A stretch of DNA of 64,000 nucleotides from an uncultured Acidobacteriaceae bacterium (GTDB lineage: Bacteria > Acidobacteriota > Terriglobia > Terriglobales > Acidobacteriaceae). This document shows, piece after piece, positions 56,348 to 64,000 of the stretch. How positions within the stretch are numbered: the stretch's first letter is position 1; every line of letters starts with the position of its first letter. A model generated the notes under the pieces. It worked only from the letters and a program-made list of their open reading frames with translations. It ran no database searches and had not been told where the DNA came from. Where the stretch lies: positions 5,027 to 69,026 of the forward strand of contig CAXTCB010000002.1 of assembly GCA_964242875.1 (NCBI GenBank), read 5' to 3'. Position numbers and translations under genes: made by a program.

Positions 56348-57316
56348 CTAGTCGCCCTCCGTCCAGAAGCGCTCGCTCATGTACTTCTCCGCAGAGTCGC
56401 AAAGGATTGTCACGATGACCGCCTCGCGACCCGCTGCCGCCTCGCGCTCGGCTACCTGGAGCGACGTCGCCACTGCGGCCGCGGCCGAAACCCCGACCAG
56501 CATCCCAGACTCGCGTGCCAGCCGCTTGGCCATCCGGTACGCCGTCTCGGTCGAAGCCTCGATGTTCTCGTCGGCAAGGTGCGCGTCATAGATCTTCGGC
56601 ACAATGGCCGTCTCCATGTGCTTCAGACCCTCCAGCCCGTTGAACGGCGAGTCCGGCTGCATGGAGATGCACTGGATGGATGGGTTCAACTCCCGCAGCC
56701 GCCGCGTTGTTCCCATAAAGGTGCCGCTCGTTCCCAGGCCCGCGACAAAGTGCGTGATCTGGCCCTCTGTCTGCTCCCAGATCTCGTTCGCAGTCCCAAA
56801 GTAGTGCGCCTTCCAATTGTTCTCGTTGCCGTACTGGTCCGCGTAGAAGTAGCGATCCGGATCCTCCGCCGCCATCGCACGCGCTCGCCGAATGGCGCCA
56901 TCCGAGCCCTCGCCGGGGTTTGTCCACTCGATCTGCGCACCGTAGGCAGCCAGATACTTCTTCCGTTCCGGCGACACATTTGACGGCATGCACAAGGTCA
57001 CCGGAAATCCCAGCGCCGACCCCAGCATCGCGTACGCAATGCCTGTGTTCCCGCTCGTCGCGTCGAGCAACCCCTTGCCCCCGCGCCCGCGCTGCCCAAA
57101 CTCCAGCCGTCCCTGGCGCTCCGCATCAAGCACGATCGCCGACGCCGCGCGGTCCTTCACCGATCCGCCCGGGTTCGCCCACTCCGCCTTGCCTAAAATC
57201 TGCACGCCGGGCAGATGCTCGGTGATCCGCTCCAGCCGCAGCAGCGGCGTGTTGCCGATCCGTGCCAGCAGACCTTCTCCCAGCGTCTTGCTCCTTATCG
57301 TCGTCGCTGCACTCAT
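56348..57316 (-). CDS. cysM: PLP-dependent cysteine synthase family protein (CysM-like)
   Basis: IGNTPL, NPGGSVKDR, ATSGNTG, GLGTSGT; start MSAATT. Confidence 0.9.
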   Translation of the reverse strand: MSAATTIRSKTLGEGLLARIGNTPLLRLERITEHLPGVQILGKAEWANPGGSVKDRAASAIVLDAERQGRLEFGQRGRGGKGLLDATSGNTGIAYAMLGSALGFPVTLCMPSNVSPERKKYLAAYGAQIEWTNPGEGSDGAIRRARAMAAEDPDRYFYADQYGNENNWKAHYFGTANEIWEQTEGQITHFVAGLGTSGTFMGTTRRLRELNPSIQCISMQPDSPFNGLEGLKHMETAIVPKIYDAHLADENIEASTETAYRMAKRLARESGMLVGVSAAAAVATSLQVAEREAAAGREAVIVTILCDSAEKYMSERFWTEGD

Positions 57317-57415
57317 TCCGGCCGCCTCACAACCCTCTCCGTCGCTCGTCTCCACGCACCCGGTTGAGCGCAGGCCCGCACTATGCGACAGTTAACTCCG
57401 AGTCTATCGAACCCT

Positions 57416-57829
57416 ATGGCAAAGAAGCAGATATCCCGCACCTTCGACGACGTTCTTTCCACCCTCGGCACGCAGAAGTTTGATGTTGCTCCGGCGCCGG
57501 AGGGTGCAAAGCGCAATCCAAAGGCGGTCAAGGTCTCAAAATACGGTGCCGCCGCCGAGATCGCCCCGGCCCCCGACGGCACGGTCCAGATCCTCGCCCG
57601 CCCCGGCTTTGTGCTCAATGGCGAGATTGCCCGCATCCTCGACCGCGGCTACCAGAAGTTCCTCAAGACCACCAAACTCGAGATTCCCGCGACCGCTGAC
57701 CACCTGCGCGCCATCCATCACTTCCAGGAAGAACTCAACGAAGCCGCCGGCGCCAAGACCCTCTACAACGAAGCCCTCGGCGCCGTGTCCGACGTCTACA
57801 CCTATGACAGAGTCAAGGGTCGCGCCTGA
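57416..57829 (+). CDS. Hypothetical protein
   Basis: Clean ORF with strong codon bias, divergent from cysM; no family recognised. Confidence 0.75.
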   Translation: MAKKQISRTFDDVLSTLGTQKFDVAPAPEGAKRNPKAVKVSKYGAAAEIAPAPDGTVQILARPGFVLNGEIARILDRGYQKFLKTTKLEIPATADHLRAIHHFQEELNEAAGAKTLYNEALGAVSDVYTYDRVKGRA

Positions 57830-57948
57830 AACCCTGCATCTGCAGCAGATCGCGACAAGAGTGCAGGCATCTCTGCCAAACCCTGACCTGACCCTGCGCA
57901 CACGTCGCTCTGAGGAATCCATCAGTCCATACGAAGGAGTCTTCCTCT

Positions 57949-58563
57949 ATGGAGATCACGCACCAGACGTCTCATATTGAACCCACATTACGGGTTCCCG
58001 ACCTATCCAACTCCTTCAACTACATGGGTGTCCTCCACTCGTGGTTGGTAAACGACTGGGAGACAGAGGGAAGCTTCATGATGAATCGTTTCCTGGCACG
58101 GCCCGGAAGCGAACCGCCACCCCACGTCCATCATTTCGAACATGAAATCTTCCATGTTCTTGAAGGTGAAGTTGAGTTCTACGTCGAGGGAGCGCCGCAG
58201 AGCTTCCTCGCAAAGCCCGGCAGCACCATGCATCTGCCACGCGGCCTCGCGCACGCCCTTATCTTCAGAACACCGCAGGTATCTTCCCTCGCTATGCTCC
58301 ACGCGGTCTCCGGCCACCCAACTGCCGAAGCCTTCCTGAGGAGCATGACCACCGGACCCGCGACCAGCATGGATCTTCCCGCGTCCGCTCCGGAGTATGC
58401 CACGATGGATCCGGAACAGATGCAGAAGACCTTCGCTCTCGCCGAAGAACATGGCTTCACCTTCCTCACCCCGGAGCAAACCTCCAAACGGCTGCCACTC
58501 TTCCCAGGGACAGGCAAAGATCCGGGTCCGGACACGGCCACAAACGATGCCTCCTCGAGGTAG
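57949..58563 (+). CDS. Cupin domain protein (quercetinase-like)
   Basis: PPHVHHFEHEIFHVLEG...PRGLAH metal motif; AAGGAG RBS. Confidence 0.85.
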   Translation: MEITHQTSHIEPTLRVPDLSNSFNYMGVLHSWLVNDWETEGSFMMNRFLARPGSEPPPHVHHFEHEIFHVLEGEVEFYVEGAPQSFLAKPGSTMHLPRGLAHALIFRTPQVSSLAMLHAVSGHPTAEAFLRSMTTGPATSMDLPASAPEYATMDPEQMQKTFALAEEHGFTFLTPEQTSKRLPLFPGTGKDPGPDTATNDASSR

Positions 58564-58677
58564 TACGAGCCGCGCGCAGAGCAACCTTGCTGCCGTTCCA
58601 CGCCGATCCGCTGTCAGTGGGAAGTCATCTCAGTCTTCCCACTGACGCACCAAACGCGTCGTCATCGACCGCGGCAC

Positions 58678-59616
58678 TTACCGGCCTTTCTCGCGCTGCC
58701 ACTCCCGGTACACCTCGCTCTTGCCCAGCCCGCGCTCCCGCGCCACCTGCTTCAGCGCCTCCTTTTCACTTGCACCACCCGCAAGCAACCCCCGTACTGC
58801 GGTCCGCACACTCACCTGTGTCCCACCCTGCCCTTCTGTGCCCAAAGCCGCCGGCGCGAGTAGCAGCACCATCTCCCCGCGCACGCTCTCCCGCCCGGCC
58901 AGCACCGCCCCCACCTCTGCCGCCGTTCCGCGCAGAAACTCCTCGTGCAGCTTGGTTAGCTCGCGCGCGACCACCACCGGTTGCCCCGGCCCGAACACCG
59001 CCTGCACATCGCTCAGCGCCTCCACAATCCGGTGCGGCGTCTCGTAGAAGATCTCTGTCGTTGCCTGATCCGAAGAAGCCGCAGCCAGCAACGTCTCCAG
59101 CACCGACCGCCGCTCGCCCGCCTTTGACGGCAGAAATCCATGGAACCGGAACCGTTCCGCTCCCAGCCCGCTGGCAATCACTGCCGCGATCACCGCATTC
59201 GCCCCCGGAACCGGAAAGACCGGGACCCCCGCCGCAATCGCCGCCCGTGCCAGCACCGCTCCCGGGTCCGCAATGCCCGGCGTGCCCGCATCGCTCACCA
59301 CGGCTATCCGCCCGCCTGCCCTTAGCTCCTCGATCAGCGAAGCCGCCCGCTCCACCTCGTTATGCGCGTGGTAGCTCACCGTCGGCGTCCGGATGCCGAA
59401 GTGGTTTAGCAGCTTCTGCGTCTGCCGCGTGTCCTCGCAGGCAATCCGGTCCGCCTCGCGCAGCACCCGCAGCCCGCGCAGCGACATGTCTTCAAGATTG
59501 CCGATCGGCGTCGCCACCAGGTAGAGCCCCGGCGCCAGCGGCCCACGTTCCCGAGCACCAGCGATCTCACCCGTCAAGTCCGCCTCGGCCGCTTGCCCTT
59601 CGGAAGTCTCGTCCAC
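58678..59616 (-). CDS. rsmI: 16S rRNA C1402 2'-O-methyltransferase
   Basis: LYLVATPIGNLED, CEDTR, SDAGTPGIADPG, RELTKLHEE. Confidence 0.96.
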   Translation of the reverse strand: MDETSEGQAAEADLTGEIAGARERGPLAPGLYLVATPIGNLEDMSLRGLRVLREADRIACEDTRQTQKLLNHFGIRTPTVSYHAHNEVERAASLIEELRAGGRIAVVSDAGTPGIADPGAVLARAAIAAGVPVFPVPGANAVIAAVIASGLGAERFRFHGFLPSKAGERRSVLETLLAAASSDQATTEIFYETPHRIVEALSDVQAVFGPGQPVVVARELTKLHEEFLRGTAAEVGAVLAGRESVRGEMVLLLAPAALGTEGQGGTQVSVRTAVRGLLAGGASEKEALKQVARERGLGKSEVYREWQREKGR

Positions 59617-59622
59617 GCCGTC

Positions 59623-60723
59623 TTATCGCTCCGCGATCTTCTTCAACCGCCGCTGCCGCGCCAGCAGCCGCGTCGCCTGCGAAAGGTTCTGCGGCGTCAC
59701 GATTCCCACCACACGGTCGCCCTCCACCACCGGCACCAGCTGCGCCCCGCCATGGCCCACCATGCGGCGCAAGGCCGTCATCACCGGGTCGTCCGGCGAC
59801 GCCGTCTTCAGCCCGCGCGTCATCATCCCCTGCACGTAGCCATTGCCGCCGCTTTCCAGCGCCTCCACGATCCCCTGCCGCGACACCGCCCCTACCAGGC
59901 TGCCGCTGCGCACTACCGGAAACACGTCCTGCGTCGCGTGCATCGCCCGGTGCAGCGCCTCTTCCAGCGTGTCCGCACCCGAAAGCGTGTTGAAGTCCTC
60001 CAGCATGACATCCCGCATCCGGATCGAGTCGATCTCGTTCTCCACCAGCACCGTCTGCCGGTCCAGCGATCCCGCCAGCAGCAGAAACGCACCAGCCGTC
60101 GTCATCCACGGCTCCCGCAGCGCAAGCCCGCCGCAGACCAGCAGCAGCGCCACCATCCGGCTCAGCCCGCTCGTCGCCTTTGCCGCCACCGCGATGCCGC
60201 GTGTCTTCGCCAGGGTCGCCCGCACCACGCGCCCGGCATCGAGCGGCACCGCCGGCAACAGGTGCAACACCGCCAGCAGCACATTGCCCCACACCAGCGC
60301 GCGCAGCAGATGGCCCACGCTGATCCACGGCTGTTCCATCAAGGAGATCCCCGGAGCCACCGCCAGCATCAGCCCCGCCAGCACCAGCCCGGCTGCCAGG
60401 TTTGCCACAGGTCCCACCACCCCCATCCGACGCTCCATCTCGGGCGTCAGCTCCGCGCCGTTGGCGAACGTCAACATGCCGCCCGTCGGCAGCAGCAGCA
60501 CCGCGTTCAGCTCCAGACCCAGCCATGCCGCGGCCACCGCTCGCGCCGCCTCACGCACCAGAACCGCCAGCAGCAGCATTAACCAAAGACCGAAGCCGCG
60601 CGTCCCATCCGCCCCCGCCGCCGGGGCTGCCCCCATCGTCAGCGCCAGCAGCAGCAGAAAATACGCATGCAGCCGGACCTCCACGCCCATCCATCGTCCA
60701 AGGCTAAAGCTCCATGCCTGCAT
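59623..60723 (-). CDS. Site-2 protease (M50)-like membrane protein with CBS pair; HExxH degenerate
   Basis: GVEVRLH, LLPTGG, GPVAN, LLPAVPLDAGR, two CBS domains; REAAR at the HExxH position. Confidence 0.88.
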   Translation of the reverse strand: MQAWSFSLGRWMGVEVRLHAYFLLLLALTMGAAPAAGADGTRGFGLWLMLLLAVLVREAARAVAAAWLGLELNAVLLLPTGGMLTFANGAELTPEMERRMGVVGPVANLAAGLVLAGLMLAVAPGISLMEQPWISVGHLLRALVWGNVLLAVLHLLPAVPLDAGRVVRATLAKTRGIAVAAKATSGLSRMVALLLVCGGLALREPWMTTAGAFLLLAGSLDRQTVLVENEIDSIRMRDVMLEDFNTLSGADTLEEALHRAMHATQDVFPVVRSGSLVGAVSRQGIVEALESGGNGYVQGMMTRGLKTASPDDPVMTALRRMVGHGGAQLVPVVEGDRVVGIVTPQNLSQATRLLARQRRLKKIAER

Positions 60724-60800
60724 TCCTACAATTGTATGCGCCAGTCATCGTTGGCCGTCCTTCCGAGCGCAGCAGGGAACCAACGCCCTTTCGCTCTGAC

Positions 60801-61047
60801 TAGGGGGCGAAGCGTAGGGAGCGAAGTGCTAGTAGGGGGCGAAGCGTAAGGGGGCGAAGCGCTAACGGAACGAGCGCCAGGGAAACCAACCGCCAGGGGA
60901 CGATGCGCTCAGGGGAGCGAAGCGCAGGCGGACGATGCGCTAAGGGGAGCGAAGCACGAAGGGGAGCGAAGCATTCAAGGGAGCGAAGCACGAAGGGGAG
61001 CGAAGCACTCAAGGGAGCGAAGCGCCTGGGAGGAGCGAAGCGAAGCG
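60801..61047 (+). repeat. Degenerate tandem minisatellite, about 15 units of 14-18 bp, core AGGG(G)AGCGAAGC
   Basis: Read directly, e.g. aaggggagcgaagcacg-aaggggagcgaagcattc-aagggagcgaagcacg. Confidence 0.9.
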
Positions 61048-61074
61048 TTCGTCTCCCCCTCTCCGCACCAGACC

Positions 61075-61104
61075 TGTCATCCCGACCGAAGTGGAGGGAC
61101 CCGC
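61075..61104 (+). repeat. GTC-tagged REP-like element, copy 1
   Basis: TGTCATCCCGACCGAAGTGGAGGGACCCGC. Confidence 0.75.
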
Positions 61105-61209
61105 TTCTCCGCGCACCAACCCGCCACCACCCCCAAAGCCCAAGCCCCAAGCCCCAAGCGCTGTGCCCTGAGCTCTCAGCCGTGTCCCCTGATCCGCTAC
61201 CATCCCCCT

Positions 61210-61827
61210 ATGCGCGTCATCGCCGGCACCCTCCGCTCCCGGCTTCTCCTCGCCCCCAAAGGCTCCGCCACCCGGCCCACCTCCGATCGCCTACGTGAGA
61301 CTCTCTTCAACGTCCTCGGCCCCGCCCTTGCAGGCTCCCGCTTCGTCGATCTCTACGCCGGCACCGGCGCCGTCGGCATTGAGGCGCACAGCCGCGGCGC
61401 CGCTCACGTCCACCTCGTCGAGCGCGAGCCCGCCGCCATCGCCATCCTCCGTGCCAACCTCGCAGCCCTCAGGATCGCCACCGGCATCACCGTCCACGAG
61501 CGCTCGGCTGCCGCCTTCCTCAATCGCGTGCTCGAAACCCCGCCCGTCTATCCCCTCGACCTCATCTATCTCGATCCTCCCTACGAAGCCGCCGAAGAGT
61601 ACACCAACACGCTCCATCTGCTCGGCAGCACCCGCGCCGCCGCTATCCTCGCGCCCACCGCCCGCATCGTCGCCGAGCACGCCACCCGCAGCCCCCTTCC
61701 CGCCACCATCGGCCGCCTGACGCAGACTCGAACCCTCAGGCAGGGCGACGCCACCCTCAGCTTCTACAGCCTTCCCGAGCCCGCCTTCGCCGCTCCGGCA
61801 CTCGACTCACCAGAGAAACCGCTCTAG
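61210..61827 (+). CDS. rsmD: 16S rRNA G966 N2-methyltransferase
   Basis: MRVIAG, TRPTSDRLRETLFN, DLYAGTG, DPPY. Confidence 0.95.
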   Translation: MRVIAGTLRSRLLLAPKGSATRPTSDRLRETLFNVLGPALAGSRFVDLYAGTGAVGIEAHSRGAAHVHLVEREPAAIAILRANLAALRIATGITVHERSAAAFLNRVLETPPVYPLDLIYLDPPYEAAEEYTNTLHLLGSTRAAAILAPTARIVAEHATRSPLPATIGRLTQTRTLRQGDATLSFYSLPEPAFAAPALDSPEKPL

Positions 61828-61920
61828 CTGCACAATCCCGCCACGCGTCGCCGGTGCCGCCTCGATCGCCGCATCACATCAAACGCACCCCGCGTCCATC
61901 CAGCAGGAGACATCGTCACC

Positions 61921-62394
61921 ATGCCCCTTACCACCTCCGCCACCTCTCGCAACCTCGCCAAAGGCCTGCTCGCCGGCGCCCTCGGCGGCATCGTCGGCTC
62001 CGGTGCCAAGATCGTCGGCGAGCTCATCTATCCGCCGCGCACCCTCGGCCAGGTCCCCCCGCCCGTCATCCTCGCCGAACGGATCGCCGGTCACCCCCTC
62101 TCAAAGACCCAGCAGAACACCTCCATGCAGGTGATCCACTTCATCTTTGGCACGGGTGTCGGCGCCATCTACGGCGCCGCGGCCGAGGTCGCTCCCATCG
62201 TCACGGCGGGCTACGGCGCGGCCTTCGGCTTCGTCTTTCAGTTCTTCACCCATGAGTCCTTCGTCCCCCTCGCCGGGCTCGATGTCCCACCCTGGCAGCA
62301 GCCTCTGCGCGAACACGCCAGCGAATTCTTCACCCACGTCCTCTACGGCATCGCCACCGAAGCGACCCGACGCGCCATCCGCAAACGCCTCTAG
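61921..62394 (+). CDS. DUF1440 family membrane protein
   Basis: PPR...PP, IHFIFG, EHASEFFTHVLYG; AGGAG RBS. Confidence 0.8.
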   Translation: MPLTTSATSRNLAKGLLAGALGGIVGSGAKIVGELIYPPRTLGQVPPPVILAERIAGHPLSKTQQNTSMQVIHFIFGTGVGAIYGAAAEVAPIVTAGYGAAFGFVFQFFTHESFVPLAGLDVPPWQQPLREHASEFFTHVLYGIATEATRRAIRKRL

Positions 62395-62402
62395 CCCACT
62401 CC

Positions 62403-62607
62403 CGTCATCTCGACCGAAACGCAGGAAGTGGAGATCTTTCTTTTGAGGCCGCCGGTCTCGTATCGCTGCCTTGGTTGTCCTTCCGACCGGAGCATAGCGA
62501 CGTGGAGGAACCTGCCTCTCTACCGGGAACATCCACACCCACTGTTAACGCCGATTGCCAACCCATGTTCTGGCTTGTCATCCTGAGCGAAGCGGAGGGA
62601 TCGCCGC
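62403..62607 (+). repeat. Cluster of three GTC-tagged REP-like elements
   Basis: CGTCATCTCGACCGAA..GTGGAGATCT (62403), TGTCCTTCCGACCGGA..GTGGAGGAACCTGC (62476), TGTCATCCTGAGCGAAGCGGAGGGATC (62576). Confidence 0.75.
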
Positions 62608-62654
62608 ATTTCGCTCTCAACCACGGAGCGAAGCGACGTTCAGAGAAACAACCA

Positions 62655-63857
62655 TTACTCCGCCTCCATCGCCAGCCGGCACTCAAACGCCATCTGCAGC
62701 CCTTCCTCCACCGGCATCGACCACGCCCCCAGCCGTGAGCCCTCCCGCGACAGCCGCACCTGCCCCTCCACCGACCGTTCATTCAGCTCCGCATCGAAGT
62801 CGAGCCCGAACCCGCGCAGTCCCTCCGCTACCGCCGTCCGCAGCCACGGCGAGTTCTCCCCGATGCCGCCGCCAAAGATCACCGCGTCCGCCGCATCCCC
62901 CAGGACCGCCAGGTACGCGCCCACCGCCAGCCGCACCCGGTAGCCGAACATCGCAAGCGCCAGCTTCGCCGCCCGGTCCTCCCGCCTCACCAGCACCCGC
63001 GTATCGAGCGATCCTCCAGCGATCCCCAGCAGGCCCGACTTCTTTTCAAGCAGGGTCATGATCTCCGCAACGCTCGCGTCTTCCTTCTGCATCAGGTACG
63101 GCACAATCGCCGGGTCTACGCTGCCGGACCGCGTTCCCATCATCAGCCCTTCGAGCGGCGTCAGCCCCATCGTCGTATCCACTGACTTGCCGTGCAAAAT
63201 CGCCGCACCCGAAGACCCGCTCTCCAGATGCAGCGTCACCAGCGAGCACGCCTCCACCGGCTTGCCCATCGTCTTTGCATACTGCTCCAGCATGTACCGG
63301 TGCGACAGCCCATGGAACCCAAACTTCCGCACCCCCCACCGGTCCGCCGTGCCCGCCTCGATCGCGTAGCGCCACGCCACCTCCGGCAACGTCCGGTGAA
63401 ACGCCGTGTCGAACGTCACCATCAGCGGCACATCCTTTAGTTCCGCATCGAGCTCGTTCAGGATCTCCACCGCACTCCTGTTATGCAGCGGCGCCAACTC
63501 CTCGAGCGCCGCAATTTCCCGCCGCACCTCCGCCGTGGCCCGCGTCGCCCGGTCGTACTTCGACCCGCCATGCACCACCCGCACCGCGGCAAACGCGAGC
63601 CCGTCCAGCACCCTCTGGTCGCGCAGCCAGCCTGCCGCAAACCGTGCCGCCGCTCCCATATCCGGCACCTCGACCTGTTCCTTCTTCTCGATCTCCCGCC
63701 CGCGAAACACCGTCATCGTCGCCTGCGGGCCAAAGTCCTCGATCGCCGCACTCACCCGCTTGGTCGCGTCCGAGGCAAACCGCTGCCCCGCCGCCATCTC
63801 CACCACCTCAAACTTCAGCGAATTGCTTCCCGGATTGAACACCAGCGCGTTTGCCAT
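62655..63857 (-). CDS. ackA: Acetate/propionate kinase
   Basis: NPGSNSLK, RVVHGG, APLHN, FDTAFH, PLEGLMMGTRSG, GGIGENS; alternative start at 63944. Confidence 0.93.
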   Translation of the reverse strand: MANALVFNPGSNSLKFEVVEMAAGQRFASDATKRVSAAIEDFGPQATMTVFRGREIEKKEQVEVPDMGAAARFAAGWLRDQRVLDGLAFAAVRVVHGGSKYDRATRATAEVRREIAALEELAPLHNRSAVEILNELDAELKDVPLMVTFDTAFHRTLPEVAWRYAIEAGTADRWGVRKFGFHGLSHRYMLEQYAKTMGKPVEACSLVTLHLESGSSGAAILHGKSVDTTMGLTPLEGLMMGTRSGSVDPAIVPYLMQKEDASVAEIMTLLEKKSGLLGIAGGSLDTRVLVRREDRAAKLALAMFGYRVRLAVGAYLAVLGDAADAVIFGGGIGENSPWLRTAVAEGLRGFGLDFDAELNERSVEGQVRLSREGSRLGAWSMPVEEGLQMAFECRLAMEAE

Positions 63858-64000
63858 AGAAGCCTTCGATGCCGCACCCCGCTTGCCGCGTCGTCCGCCC
63901 CGCCCACCCTCAAGCTCCGCCCCCAGACTCAAAGCCTGCTTCATAGATTTCGTGCCGCCGTGTTGCCTTCACCAGCCGCATCCCCGGCACTGCCGCCACC

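Noticed and set aside
60801-61047. CRISPR array
   Set aside because: Units are 14-18 bp, degenerate and contiguous with no unique 25-45 bp spacers; no cas genes.
61131-61158. CCCCAAG heptamer run
   Set aside because: Only about four imperfect copies; an ordinary short intergenic repeat.
60800-61298. ORFs 60800-61150(-), 60903-61298(+) and 61009-61203(-) as genes
   Set aside because: They are translations of the minisatellite/REP sequence; unit lengths are not multiples of 3 and there are no protein motifs.

Overview
GC-rich bacterial chromosomal window, most consistent with Acidobacteriota subdivision 1 (inferred from gene content: DUF5666 plus an Oar-like receptor, BlaI with M56-TonB, GTC-tagged repeats). 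1-16 kb is housekeeping: a partial GAF-PAS-GGDEF gene, rimP-nusA-infB, guaB, and tRNA-Pro(CGG)-DUF503-rbfA-nrnA-arnT-like-GNAT. 16.6-31 kb is accessory: xdhC-mocA, blaI/blaR-TonB, oxidoreductases, yciF, a kumamolisin and an L-sugar oxidation trio. 31-45 kb is a trehalose/alpha-glucan cluster (glgE, treS-mak, GH15, treY, treZ) with a degenerate glycosyltransferase and an MscS-TM protein. After that come a DUF5666/outer-membrane barrel pair, gabD, guaD, hom, an NPP-family enzyme, a cysM-JAMM-ubiquitin-like carrier-moeZ operon, rsmI, a pseudo site-2 protease, rsmD and ackA. Most notable: (i) the sulfur carrier's Gly-Gly is masked by an encoded FDGGCCRC tail; (ii) a recurrent GCATC(C/T)(A/C) upstream motif may mark a stress regulon; (iii) a new-looking BlaI operator pair; (iv) two apparent pseudoenzymes; (v) a G-rich minisatellite linked to REP-like elements; (vi) a reversal of strand GC skew. 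No CRISPR array, integrase, transposase or rRNA was seen. All calls come from motif recognition by eye, without database searches.
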